63,278 nt of DNA, filler included, from an uncultured bacterium (GCA_964371695.1; 3 parts of 3 records of this genome joined end to end with filler, not necessarily neighbours in it), one strand, 5' to 3'. Positions 8,297 through 18,958 are shown, numbered from the whole stretch's first letter. The notes: a model not told the origin generated them from the letters alone. Made by a program: numbers and translations.

Positions 8297-10120
8297 ATGA
8301 TGCCCAGCGTGGATAAACACCGACTGCTGGTTTTTGCCGCGTTTTGCGTGGGCCTGCTGGCTTGGCCGCCCAACCGCCCCCAGGCCAGCGAAGACGTGCT
8401 GGGCCGCACACTGTTGCAGGCGGTGCGCGAAGAAGACGTCTATCGCGTGCGCCAGTTGCTGATGGAGGGCGCGGGGCCTTCTCTGCCGGTGGAAGAAGGC
8501 GAAGCCACGCCGCTGACAGAAGCCGTGCTGCGGCAAAACCAGACCCTGGTGGAGCTGCTGCTTTTCTGGGGGGCGGACCCCAACGCCACCGTGTCGCTGC
8601 CGGTGCCCCGGGGCCCCCAGGGGCGGGGAGGCTTCACGGCGCTGCACATCGCCGCGCACCGCGCCCTTGTGCCCATCATGTCCCTGCTGCTCAAAAACGG
8701 CGCGAGCGTCAAAACCCGCGACAGCCTGGGCCGCACACCGCTGCACTGGGCGGCAGAGGCCGGGCATCTGAACCCCAAGTCCCCCAAAAAAGAAGTGGTG
8801 TCCCTGCTGCTGGAACACGGCGGCGATCTGGACCAGAAAGACCTCACCGGCCTCTCGGCCCCCGCCCTGGCGCGGGAGGTGGCGGGCGAGCCGCCTCCCT
8901 CGCCCGAAATCAAAACCCGTCCCGCGCCTGCCGCAAAAACGGTTTCGCCACCGGCCCCCAAACCGCCAGTCAAACCTCCGCCGGTGGTGAAAAAACCTGC
9001 CCCGCCGCCCACACCCAAACCACCGCCCGTGGTGGAAAAACCCGTGGCCAAACCGGCTCCCTCGACACCCACGCCTGTTGTCAAACCCATGGCCGTCAAG
9101 CCCGCAGCCAAACCTCCTGCGGAAAAACCCGCCATCGCCAAACCGGCGGCGAAACCGACCGCACCCGCCGCCAGCAAACCCGCTCTCCGCTGGGTGCGCG
9201 TGACCCGCACGGCGGTGCGTCTGCGCAGCGCACCCACCACACAGGGGGGCGACACGGGCCAGCGGGTGAGTACACCGGCACGCCTGAAACTGCTGGCGGT
9301 GGTGACTGGCAAACACACCCCCAAAGAGGTGTGGTATCAGGTGATTGACCCCACGGGCAAGGCGGCGTTCCTCCGCTCGGACATGGCCGAGCGCGTGGAC
9401 ACCCCCGCCGCTTCAGCGCCACCGCTGCGGCCCACCTCCCGGCCCCCGGCCACACCACCCGCCTCGCCAAAACCCGTCGTCGAAGAACTCCCCCATCCCC
9501 TGCCCGCTTTCTCTGATTCGGTGCTTGTGCCCTTCAGTTATTCACTGGCCTTGCCGCCCCACCGGCCCGTGGGGGCGCGGCCCATGGCCACGCTCAAAAA
9601 CCGCCCCCTGCGCCCCCGCAGTCATCCGGCCCCCGGCGCGCCGGTGGTGTGGGGCAGCAAGCTGCCCCAGGGTCAGGCGGTGCGCGCCCTGCGGGTTCAC
9701 CGCGAAAAAAACCAGCCCACGGCGTTTTGGGTAGAGGTGCTCTCGCCCACGCGGGGCAGCGTGTTTTTGCCAGAGGCGGCGTTTGTGGAGTTGCCCTGGT
9801 TTGTGTCGGCGCAGGATCCCCGCACCAAAGAGGACAAGCTGTTTTTGCTGGCGGCGCGGCGCGGCAAGCTGGCGCTGGCCAAGAAGTGGTTCCAGGCCGG
9901 GGCCAACCCCGACGCCGCCGAGCCGGGGGCGGCCTGGGAAACCCCCTATGCGGGCTGGACCGCCCTGCACTGGGCGGCAGAAAAAAACCACCCCGAACTG
10001 GCGGCCTGGCTGCTGAGCCTGGGGGCGCACACCAACACGCCCGACGCCGAAGGCCGCCTGCCCCTCACACTGGCCCGCTGGCGCGGCCACAACCAGTTGG
10101 CCGACCTGCTGAAGCCGTGA
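8297..10120 (+). CDS. Secreted ankyrin-repeat protein with a Pro/Lys-rich linker and SH3b-like domains
   Basis: Signal peptide; GFTALHIAA, GRTPLHWAA and GWTALHWAA; AVRLRSAP...WYQV SH3b-like segment. Confidence 0.85.
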   Translation: MMPSVDKHRLLVFAAFCVGLLAWPPNRPQASEDVLGRTLLQAVREEDVYRVRQLLMEGAGPSLPVEEGEATPLTEAVLRQNQTLVELLLFWGADPNATVSLPVPRGPQGRGGFTALHIAAHRALVPIMSLLLKNGASVKTRDSLGRTPLHWAAEAGHLNPKSPKKEVVSLLLEHGGDLDQKDLTGLSAPALAREVAGEPPPSPEIKTRPAPAAKTVSPPAPKPPVKPPPVVKKPAPPPTPKPPPVVEKPVAKPAPSTPTPVVKPMAVKPAAKPPAEKPAIAKPAAKPTAPAASKPALRWVRVTRTAVRLRSAPTTQGGDTGQRVSTPARLKLLAVVTGKHTPKEVWYQVIDPTGKAAFLRSDMAERVDTPAASAPPLRPTSRPPATPPASPKPVVEELPHPLPAFSDSVLVPFSYSLALPPHRPVGARPMATLKNRPLRPRSHPAPGAPVVWGSKLPQGQAVRALRVHREKNQPTAFWVEVLSPTRGSVFLPEAAFVELPWFVSAQDPRTKEDKLFLLAARRGKLALAKKWFQAGANPDAAEPGAAWETPYAGWTALHWAAEKNHPELAAWLLSLGAHTNTPDAEGRLPLTLARWRGHNQLADLLKP

Positions 10121-10187
10121 AGGCCAACAACTTTCCCTGAATTCTGATCAGCGGTTTTACGAACAGGGTGTTTCTCAACACCCCGTT

Positions 10188-10600
10188 AGTTCATTTTCGG
10201 AATGGGTGTGTCAGACATCGCCGGAAAGCCCCGCCTCGGATGGCGTCATTCCTGCGAAAGCGAAAATCCAGTCAAATATAAAAACCACCCTATTCGCCTC
10301 TCCCCTTTACGGGGAGAGGGTTGGGGTAATTGGCGCGGGCAGTCTTTTGGGGGAGCGGCAGCATATTGATGCTGCCGGGTGCGCCAAGCGGCGCGACAGC
10401 GCCGGGGTTTATTTAAAAGCAAAAACCGCTGTCCCTTCTCCCGTCCGAAAGATGGGAGCAGATAAGGAGGCCGAATAATGGGCACAGGCCCCGGCAACGC
10501 TGGCTGAAACAGAGCTTTTTGGGGGAAAGGAATGGGCCGCTTCGCGGCGGTCGCAGCACTTCGTGCCGCTCCTTGGCGGGCGGTCTGCGCCCGCCACTTT
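10188..10600. repeat. Composite intergenic repeat cluster
   Basis: Contains a GTCATTCC palindrome (10245-10271), a CCTCTCCCC..GGGGAGAGG palindrome, and a gccgcttcgcggcggtcgcagcac module shared with about 16002-16060. Confidence 0.8.
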
Positions 10601-10876
10601 GGTTGTGTGATGAGCGCACCCCGCCACGCGGCCTGCTGGCAACCCGCATGACGTTGCCCTTGGCGTCCCGCTTGGATTTCATTTTTCTGGTTTGGATTCA
10701 GATTTGAGTACTCAAATAGATTTTTCGGAATAGACGGCTCAGCCTGTGCAGTTCTTCTCGCCCACTCATGCCGCATAACCTCCTCCCCTGCCCACCCTTC
10801 TTGACCAAATATGGGTTGGATAGTTACAAGAAAACAACTTAAAGATTGACAAGTTGATTTTGGACTGTTATATAGG

Positions 10877-12895
10877 ATGTTCGTGAAAAGCATCGCTATT
10901 TCTCAGGCTGGCATCTGGCGAGGAGGTACGCTGCCTCCGGCAAAAACTCTTGGCCTGCGCCTCCTGCTCCTGAGTTTTTCTCTTCTCATTATCTACAACC
11001 CAGCGCCCAAGGCTTCGGAAGAACTGGCTTTTCAAAAATTCTGGCAGAGCGGTGAGACAAACAAAACTACCGCCATTCGTTTGGGCGACATGGATGGTGA
11101 CGGGAAACTGGACATCGTCGCTGCCGATAGCGCTACTTCAGGAGAAACAGTTAAAGTTTACAGGAACCTTGGCAATTTTTTTACGCTTATTTGGGAATCT
11201 GAAATAGATGCGCCCTTCGCCTCTCTTGATTTGGGCGATGTGGACGGCGATGGCGATTTGGATATTCTCGCGGGGAGCGATCAAGGCGCTTTTGTGTTTG
11301 TAAACAAAGGTTCTGGCCAAGCCACCTTGCTTTGGTAAATACCAACAAGCAATGATCCTGAACAGGTTAGATGGGGCGATATCGACAATGATGGTGATCT
11401 TGATATTATTGCCGGAAGTGGCGGAGAAAAAACGGTTGTCTATGAAAATTCCTGTGGTGCTTTTACCCCGATTTGGGAGTCGGGCGACAGCCCTAACGTT
11501 TGGGCGATTGACGCCGCCGATTATGACAATGATGGAGACACTGACTTTGCAATTGGCCTAACTTTAGGAACCCCAACAAGAATTTACAGAAATGATGGAG
11601 ACCATCAATTTTCTTTAGCCTGGTCAAGTCCAGTCGCATATGATGCCACATCTGTAAAATTCAATGACATAAACTCCGATGGCAGGGTTGATATAATAAT
11701 CGGCAATGAAGAATCCACTAGTGCCGAAGAAACTTATTTATACAAAAACGATGGCGCTGGGTTTTTTTCTCTAATGACAACTTTACCTGGAGATGCAGTT
11801 AAGGATATTTCATTGGCAGACTTCAACAATGATGGAAAATTAGATATAATACGGGCAAATGACATATTCCCTGGTGGCACAAAAGGAAGAGAAACTGAAA
11901 TATTTATCCAGGGGCAAACGCCGTCTGAATTCTCGCTTTCCTGGAAAACTTCAGACAGTTACTGGTCTTACGCTGTAGACACCGGCGATATTGACGACGA
12001 TGGGTTAATCGATTTCGTAATCGGAACGAAAAGTAACCAACCGATCGTGGTTTTTAAAAACATTTCAGATGCTTCCCCATCTGAAACCATTCTTCCCCCA
12101 ATCTTACGCGCAGTAGAAGCCAACGCACCAGGGGCAGTTCAATTCTCCTGGGCTTCGTCCGATGCGGGTAACCCGAATCTAACTTTTCGGCTACGCATAG
12201 GTACTTTCTCTGGAGGATCGGATATTTTAAGCGCGGCCTCTGCCGCAGGGCTCGGCCTTCTCGGAATCAAAACAAGTCACACGATTACTTTGCCAGCCGG
12301 AACCTATTTTTGGTCTGCTCAAACTGTAAGCGCACGGGGATTTGCCATCAGTGATTTTGCACCAGAAGAAAGTTTTGTTTTAATCGGTGGCCAAGAGCCT
12401 CCGTTTATTCGTGTGGTCGCCAGTATCCCTGACTACATGTCAAATTCTGGAGAAATATTGCCAATCAGAGAGTTAGACCTGCTGATGTCAAATAACCCCT
12501 TGATTTCTTGCCTTTCAGAAAAAACATGTCAGAAAAGCCAAGACGAAGATAAATTACATATCGACCTATCTAAATGTCCTTCTGATACCAAAGTCGATCT
12601 TGTCGTACGCCCGCCACTTGGGTTTTTAAGAAACAGTAATGGCGTGTTTCCATGCGCCTTGAACTTGACACTCTCAGACATACTTTCCACCCAATCCGTT
12701 TTTCTTTGTGAGCTTACCACTCCAAAGTTTGCCGGAGATGCAAATGGTGATGGGTTAATTGACCTAAAAGATCTAGGAAAAATAAAAAATGAATTTGGGA
12801 AATCCCCTGATTCAGCTGATTTTAATTTAGATGGCAAGGTTGACTTGAAGGACTTAGGAATTGTCAAAAAACATTTCAACCTTAAAGATAAATAA
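10877..12895 (+). pseudogene. Secreted FG-GAP/VCBS-repeat protein with an FN3-like domain and C-terminal dockerin, split by one in-frame TAA
   Basis: ORFs 10877-11338 and 11774-12895 share one frame; reading through TAA 11336-11338 continues the GDxDxDGDLD repeats; C-terminus GDANGDGLIDLKDL...ADFNLDGKVDLKDL. Confidence 0.8.
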
Positions 12896-13291
12896 AATGT
12901 TATGTTTTTTATCTAAAAATTAGGCCCTGGCTAAGCCTAACCATGATCAGTGGCAACCGGTCAACATGCCCACATGGTCAAACGACCCTGATGGGTCATT
13001 AAAAAGCTGTCGCTTAAATTAAATCAGCAAAGAAACCTAGAAATGAAGTCAAAATCCGATGAAATATTCCTCGAAGAGGAACTAACTCGGATGGAAAAGT
13101 TTTTCGATGGGTCAAAAATTGGTAACTGTCCAACCCCCATAAGTACAGGTGTGGGAGGGGCGGCCAGTACGAAGTGGTGGTGGATCAGGCGGGCAGGGGG
13201 GAGCTTTTGGTTCAGGGCGAGTGGGAGGGCGTGTTTTGGGGGCGAGGTTACGCTGAAGGGGCACTCCCGTCAGCCCTCCGCCCCCAGCCAG

Positions 13292-14233
13292 CTACTTCTC
13301 CAGATAATCACTCAGGGGGCTGAGGTCGGTGATGTTTTTGGCGTTTAGCAGCACCATCATCAGGCGTTCCAGCCCCAGGGCCACACCGGCACAGGGGGGC
13401 AGTCGGCCCTCTTGCGCGGCCTTGAGATAATGGGTGTCGAAGACGCGACCGGGGGCGGCTTTTTTGTCCCGCGCCGCGATGGCCGCAAGGCCAGCGGGAG
13501 TGGTTTCTTCGGTCCAGCCGTTGGCCAGCTCCACACCCGCCAGATACATTTCAAACCGCTCGGCCAGATGGGGCGCGTCTGCCTTGCGGCGGGCCAGCAG
13601 GCCCTGGGCCGCGGGATAATCACTCACCATCATCATGCGGGGACTAGTGAGGCGCGGCTCCACCCGGTTGAGTAGGGTGAGGAAATATTCCTCTTCGCCG
13701 TCTTCCTCCAGCACCTGGGTGGCGGTTTTGCCCCCGCCCAGCTTGAACAACGTCTCCAGCGGCGACACGGCAAAGGGTTCGTCGAGCCACACCGGGTGGC
13801 CCTGCCAGGCAAACCGGGGATAAACCCCCGCCGCGCGGGCCAGGTGGCAGGTGAGGTCGTAACAATCCTGCATCAGGGCGGCGTAATCCGCCCCCAGGCG
13901 ATACCACTCCGCCCCCAGAAACTCAGGCGTGTGGCGGGGTGTGTGTTCGCCCTGCCTGAAAAAATGGCTGATCTGGTAAATCTGCGGCAGGTCCCGTCCC
14001 AGCACCTGTTTCATGCCATATTCGGGGCTGGTGGCGAGGAAGAGCCGCCGCTCGCCGTCGCGGGTTTCAAAGGGCGTGAGGTGGGGGCTGGTCTCGGCAA
14101 AAGGCGTGAGCACGGGTGTGTCCACCTCGGCAAAGCCGTTTTGCTGAAACCATTCCCGTGCGGCCCCCAGCAGGCGCACCCGTTTGACATAAAGAGGATG
14201 GCTGGACATGACGGGGCCGGCGTGGCCCTGCAT
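13292..14233 (-). CDS. epmA: EF-P lysine aminoacylase (EpmA/GenX/PoxA)
   Basis: LATSPEYGMK, FRQGE..RH.PEF..AEWYR, AERFEMYLAGVELANG and PCAGVALGLERL motifs. Confidence 0.9.
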   Translation of the reverse strand: MQGHAGPVMSSHPLYVKRVRLLGAAREWFQQNGFAEVDTPVLTPFAETSPHLTPFETRDGERRLFLATSPEYGMKQVLGRDLPQIYQISHFFRQGEHTPRHTPEFLGAEWYRLGADYAALMQDCYDLTCHLARAAGVYPRFAWQGHPVWLDEPFAVSPLETLFKLGGGKTATQVLEEDGEEEYFLTLLNRVEPRLTSPRMMMVSDYPAAQGLLARRKADAPHLAERFEMYLAGVELANGWTEETTPAGLAAIAARDKKAAPGRVFDTHYLKAAQEGRLPPCAGVALGLERLMMVLLNAKNITDLSPLSDYLEK

Positions 14234-14303
14234 GTTAACACCCGGTGCGGGTAAGTGGTGTCAACAGAACTTTACAAACGGCTTAATCAGTTCCAAAAAC
14301 TAC

Positions 14304-14330
14304 TTGACATTCCCTCAGATATGGTATACT
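14304..14330 (+). promoter_or_regulatory. Sigma70-like promoter
   Basis: TTGACA (14304-14309) and TGG-TATACT extended -10 (14325-14330); the 15-bp spacer is short. Confidence 0.55.
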
Positions 14331-14475
14331 GAACCTTGAATCCAAATAAAAAAAGCCACCGTCCTAGGACCGGTGGCTTTTCAAAAGGGAGAGTGCTTTT
14401 TCAGCACCAACGTCAGTTCATTAAAAAGTAACGGCGAAAAGCCGAAAAGCTTAAGCAAGAACTTTGAAAACTCTT

Positions 14476-14501
14476 CCCCCCGCCCAAAACGGGGGGTTTT
14501 T
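14476..14501 (+). terminator. Intrinsic terminator
   Basis: ccccccg-cccaaaa-cgggggg stem-loop followed by TTTTT. Confidence 0.65.
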
Positions 14502-14559
14502 GCTGTCTGGGGGCAGGTTTGGCTGGGTGGTAACCGCTCCTGGTATAACTTGTGGCGGC

Positions 14560-15399
14560 GTGAAACTGAATCTGGACGAATCGTTGTTCTGTTTGCCCGC
14601 CACTTTTCAGAGTGGCCATCTTTTTTATTGGTGGTGCGCGCAGCAGCGGGGCCGTGAGGTGTATGTCTGGCCCACGCGGGGACACGTGCTGCGCCTGTGG
14701 CGCGAGGGGCCGGTGCTGCGGGGGGCGGGGGGGCCGCCCGCGCTGGTGCGCGAGGCCCTGGGTCTGGCGGAGCCTTATGAAGAAATCGTCGCCGCCCTGG
14801 GGCGACGGCCCGGCCTGCGGCCCGCGCTTGAGCGGTTTGTCGGTCTGCGCCTGCTGCGGCAGGATCCCTGGGAGTGTTCCCTGGGTTTTCTCAACGCCAC
14901 GCTCAGCTCGGTGAAACGTGTGCAGGGCCATCTGCACGATCTCGCCCACCACCACGGCGACCGCGTGGGCGACACCCCCCTGCTGCCCGCGCCCAGCCAG
15001 TTGCCGGATGAAGCCGCACTGCGGGCGCTGGGCCTGGGTTATCGCGCCCGGCACCTGCACCGCCTGGCCACGCTGCTGCGCGAGTCAGGCGGCGAAACCC
15101 AGCCCGCCGCCAGCGCCTGGTTGCTGTCCCACCGCAGCCCTTGCGCCGAGGCCACCCTCAAAAACCTGATGGCCCTGCCGGGCGTGGGGCGCAAGGTGGC
15201 CAGTTGCATCGCCCTCTACAGCCTGGGCGTGACCGACGCGGTGCCCATGGACGTGTGGATGATCCGTGTGCTGGGCGACCTGTTTGGCGCACCCCCCGGC
15301 ACACCGGCCCGCTCGCTGGAGGACATGGCCCGCCGCCGGTTTGGCCCCCACGCCGGTTATGCCCAGCAGTTTTTATATTCAGCGGCGCGGGGGGCGTAG
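14560..15399 (+). CDS. 8-oxoguanine DNA glycosylase (Ogg-like, HhH-GPD)
   Basis: GLRLLRQDPWE, LGLGYRA, LMALPGVGRKVASCI..Y, VPMDVW and AGYAQQFLY motifs; GTG 14560 chosen because it lies past the terminator. Confidence 0.88.
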   Translation: MKLNLDESLFCLPATFQSGHLFYWWCAQQRGREVYVWPTRGHVLRLWREGPVLRGAGGPPALVREALGLAEPYEEIVAALGRRPGLRPALERFVGLRLLRQDPWECSLGFLNATLSSVKRVQGHLHDLAHHHGDRVGDTPLLPAPSQLPDEAALRALGLGYRARHLHRLATLLRESGGETQPAASAWLLSHRSPCAEATLKNLMALPGVGRKVASCIALYSLGVTDAVPMDVWMIRVLGDLFGAPPGTPARSLEDMARRRFGPHAGYAQQFLYSAARGA

Positions 15400-15502
15400 T
15401 CCGTTGTTTTCGGTGGATTGCTGCCGCGCCGGGCTTTAGCGCGTTTTTGGAAATGGTAGAGCATTGACTGAGGCTTCTTGGCCAAACCTTGGCCAACCCG
15501 CC

Positions 15503-16180
15503 GTCATTCCCGCGAATGCGGGAATCCGGTTGAAATAAAAACACCGCACCTATTTCTGTTCTCTTTCAGTGGGGCGGGGGGGGGGCCCCCCCCCCCCCCA
15601 AAAAAAAAAAAGTTTTTTGTTTTTAGGACAACGGGGNNNNNNNNNNCTTTTGTCCTTTCTGCTCAGGCGGGCGAGGCCGCCCACCCCACTACCAAAAGAA
15701 GAAGGTTTTTGGCCTATGTTTTACTGGATTCCCGCTTTCGCGGGAATGACGCCAGCCAGGGCAGAGCTTTCAGACGATGCCTGGCTCACCAATTCCGAAA
15801 ATGTTCCAGGTGGTTCATTTATTTAAAAATGAGGAGTAGGTGCGGTGTCCCCACCGCACTGTGACAGCAGCGATGGGGACATCGCTGCTACTCCTTTTGA
15901 GTCGCATGAACCACCAGGTGGACGATCCCCAAATCGCTGGCCCAAAATGGGGTTTTTTCAAACAAGACTGGGGCGCGACAGCGCCGGGGTTTTGCAGGCG
16001 GCCCGCTTCGCGGCGGTCGCAGCACTTTGCGCCGCTCCATAGCGGGTGGCCTGCGCCCGCCATGGTTTTTCAATCCAATTGTGCCACCGGGCGCGCCCAG
16101 CGGAAGGACAGTGCCAAGGTATTCAAAAACCGCCCCAGTGCACCCCACCCGCTGTTAAGGGGCGTCATTCCCGTAGCGCT
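15503..16180. repeat. Composite repeat cluster with an inverted GTCATTCCC pair and a 10-N scaffold gap at 15637-15646
   Basis: Copies at 15503-15529 (+) and 15724-15750 (-); flanking modules shared with 10188-10600 and 33502-33660. Confidence 0.8.
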
Positions 16181-16240
16181 GGCTTTTCAAACAAAGCCGG
16201 GGTAGGACACGCGAGAGTGAGAAAGAGTGGGCCAGGAGGG

Positions 16241-17596
16241 TCAGGGCACTGAAACAGTCAGATCAATATAACTGGCTATTTCATGGATAGGATTATATGT
16301 GCCGTAGGGATTATTCTGCCTGTCATATACACGGGAAATCATTCTATCCGAAAAAGCATTTTGTGGCATACTGTCTATTGTGGGAATAGGTTGTCCTCTT
16401 GCCAGATGATCCAAAAGAATACGAACAGACTGAATACACCCAACTGCGTCACTGTTCCCTGGCAAGCTCACATTTAAAAGGGTTTTATCAGCCTCTCTGA
16501 TGATTCCATGATTTTTATTTAAAATCCCATAAAATAGACCAGGATGTTTTATTTTTAGGCTTATCAAAAATGCCATTAGGACATAGTTTTTGTCATCGAC
16601 TTTTGAAAGAAGAAAAATAATAAAGCCGTTTTCAAGATCTCTGAGAGAGAGGCCATATATTCCTGCAAACAAAGCAAAAATATCCACAAATTGCTGAATT
16701 TCGGGTCGTTCAAGATCAAGTCCATGGCGCTCTGCAAGCTGTGCACAATATTTTTGCAAGAAGTTTTCCTGGCTGCCAAAGGTTGTGTCTTTAGGCAGTT
16801 CCAGAGAAAAATGGACAAACTTTCCCAGATAGGTGTTGGCTTCAATGCTTTCGCCATAAACCCCTTTTACTGAGGCCTCCAGTTGCTTCCAGTTCACCAT
16901 CAGCACAAAAACAAATCCGGGCACGTCAAAAAAGTGTTTTATGCGTTCAATCAGCTTGACGGCAAAATCTGGCCTGCAACGGTCCAGTTCATCAATGAAA
17001 AAAACAATTGGTTTATCCTGTGATGATGCTATTTTAGATAGGCTGTTTTTCAGGTGTTTTATTTTTGCTTCTTGACTGTCGACGGCTTCGAGGCGGTTTT
17101 TTATTTTGCGCTTAAATATTTTGATTTTTATTAGACAGATGAATTTATAAACAAGCCATAATTTCGAATCTGTGTCAATAAATGTTAAAAGGTAGCTGGC
17201 GGCTGGCCGCGTCAAATCGTTTGCTATATCTCTCATCAGGCGTGTTATTTCAGTTCTAACATCAGACTTTTCTCCATTTTCTTTCGAAAAGCCAAGGATT
17301 TTTCCTGAAATAAGTAAAAAAGGATCATCGCCGAAGTCATTTTTAAACGCGTCCAAATAAATTGTTTTAAAATCCTCTTTTTTTAACTGGGCCTCCCAAT
17401 TTTTCGCAAACCATGTTTTCCCTTCTCCCCAGTCGGCTTGAATGGCAAACACACTGCCCTGTTTCAACATTCCGACATAACCTGTAAGGCGTTCGGCCAG
17501 ATCTTTCCGGTTGAAAAGGTCGTTCGCGAACGGCGCGTCTTCGTCGGCTAGGGGGAGCCTATTTTGGGTTTTTATCCCATTGGATTTATTCACCAT
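16241..17596 (-). CDS. KAP family P-loop NTPase
   Basis: Walker A ADWGEGKT; IVFFIDELDRCRPDFAVKLIERIKHFF; YLGKFV; AT-rich. Confidence 0.9.
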   Translation of the reverse strand: MVNKSNGIKTQNRLPLADEDAPFANDLFNRKDLAERLTGYVGMLKQGSVFAIQADWGEGKTWFAKNWEAQLKKEDFKTIYLDAFKNDFGDDPFLLISGKILGFSKENGEKSDVRTEITRLMRDIANDLTRPAASYLLTFIDTDSKLWLVYKFICLIKIKIFKRKIKNRLEAVDSQEAKIKHLKNSLSKIASSQDKPIVFFIDELDRCRPDFAVKLIERIKHFFDVPGFVFVLMVNWKQLEASVKGVYGESIEANTYLGKFVHFSLELPKDTTFGSQENFLQKYCAQLAERHGLDLERPEIQQFVDIFALFAGIYGLSLRDLENGFIIFLLSKVDDKNYVLMAFLISLKIKHPGLFYGILNKNHGIIREADKTLLNVSLPGNSDAVGCIQSVRILLDHLARGQPIPTIDSMPQNAFSDRMISRVYDRQNNPYGTYNPIHEIASYIDLTVSVP

Positions 17597-17719
17597 TTCG
17601 ACATTGATGTTATGCGACTTTTGCGAACAAAACAACAGGCCGCAGCAAGGCCCCGGTGCACTGTCAATGCCCATTTAGAGTGTTTTAAAAATTGGTGCGT
17701 CATTGGAAGAAATCCCGCT

Positions 17720-18080
17720 AGTTCCCGCTCCCCTTCGTGGGGAGGGAGAGGGTTAGGGTAAGGGGTCAAATACGGACAAAAAACCAAAAAGTGCGCCAAA
17801 CGGCGCGTCTGCGTCAGGGTTTATTCAAAAGCAAAATCGCATTCTTGAATTACATCCAAAAAAGCCGGGGCCGCAGGCCCCCCACCACGAACCCCCCACT
17901 GGGGGGTTTGGGGGGAAGTTGGCTGGTCCGCCGCCTTGGTTTGGCCAAGTGGCTCAAAGCAAAACGAAGGGCGTTTGTTTTTGCTCAGCTCCCATCCCCC
18001 GTGCCGCTTCGCGGCTGCCCCCTTTCTCGTTGGTAAAGGTGGGTGGCGGGGGGCGCTCCCCACGCCCCTGTTTTTTATTC
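17720..18080. repeat. Degenerate palindromic repeat cluster
   Basis: gggagagggttagggtaagggg module related to 24890 and 35357; GC-run hairpins. Confidence 0.55.
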
Positions 18081-18164
18081 AAACCCCCGATTTTGCTCCC
18101 TTTTCGCCCTTTTTCCATTCCATTTTTGATTCATACAACAACACCAATCCGCTACCCTGTAGGC

Positions 18165-18749
18165 ATGGTTTATCACGCTGCTGACTGGGCACAACACTAT
18201 GAAACGGGTTTGTTGCCCTGGGACCTGGGCGGGCCTCATCCGTTTTTTCGCCACGATCTACAGGCCGAAACTGTAAAAGATCTGCGGGTGCTGGTGCCCG
18301 GCGCGGGGGCGGGCCACGACGCCGCCCATCTGGCCCGCCTGGGGGCCGCGGTGACCGCGCTGGACCTCACCCCCCAGGCGCGGGACCTGCACCGCCAGCT
18401 TTATGGCGAACAGGTGGCCGATTATCGCGTGGGCGACTTTCTGCAACTGACCCCCGGCGAAACCTGGGACATGCTGCTGGAACACACCTGTTTCTGCGCC
18501 ATTCCCCCCACCCGCCGTGCTGATTATGTGCTGGCCGCTCGCCGCGCCCTGGCTCCCGGCGGCCGGGTGTTCATGTTGGCCATGGTGGGCGAAGAGCGCG
18601 ACGGCCCGCCCCACCCCATGGCATTGGACAACCTGAAATCACTCTTTGGCCATCATTTTTTGCTGCTCAGGGAAGAACCCCTGCAGGGCGACCTCACCGC
18701 CCGTCCTGGCATGGAGTGGTTTTTGTGGTGGGAGAAAAAAGGGGATTGA
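18165..18749 (+). CDS. Thiopurine S-methyltransferase-like SAM methyltransferase
   Basis: W...Y.....PWDLG, RVLVPGAGAGHD, EHTCFCAIPP..R..YV and GPPH motifs. Confidence 0.88.
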   Translation: MVYHAADWAQHYETGLLPWDLGGPHPFFRHDLQAETVKDLRVLVPGAGAGHDAAHLARLGAAVTALDLTPQARDLHRQLYGEQVADYRVGDFLQLTPGETWDMLLEHTCFCAIPPTRRADYVLAARRALAPGGRVFMLAMVGEERDGPPHPMALDNLKSLFGHHFLLLREEPLQGDLTARPGMEWFLWWEKKGD

Positions 18750-18958
18750 GGCTCAAGGCAACCACAACATCCATTCACCCTCACAAAACAACCATATAAC
18801 CATTTGGCTTTAATTCTTTCTGGAAGCAAGGCGATCAAGGTCACCAATACCCTTTTGTTGGCAAAGCGGCGTGACGGTTCAAGGGCATAAAAAGCCAAAA
18901 ACACCTGAAAACTAGCGTTTTTAATGCACACCCCGCCGGTTTGTGGTAAACAGGGGCC

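Noticed and set aside
7310-9316. Long antisense ORFs (also 25285-26700, 31464-32753, 46195-48285, 56823-58394)
   Set aside because: Shadows of real genes in GC-rich DNA with no recognisable motifs
13043-13348. 101-aa ORF between the FG-GAP gene and epmA
   Set aside because: Spans an abrupt AT-to-GC composition junction, overlaps epmA and has no recognisable motif
15571-15646. Long G, C, A and T homopolymers that look like a phase-variation tract
   Set aside because: They abut a scaffold gap and replace the gggcgggcgtctcgcccgcc hairpin seen in sister copies, so they are probably low-quality sequence
18750-18958. oriC upstream of mnmG
   Set aside because: No convincing cluster of TTATCCACA boxes
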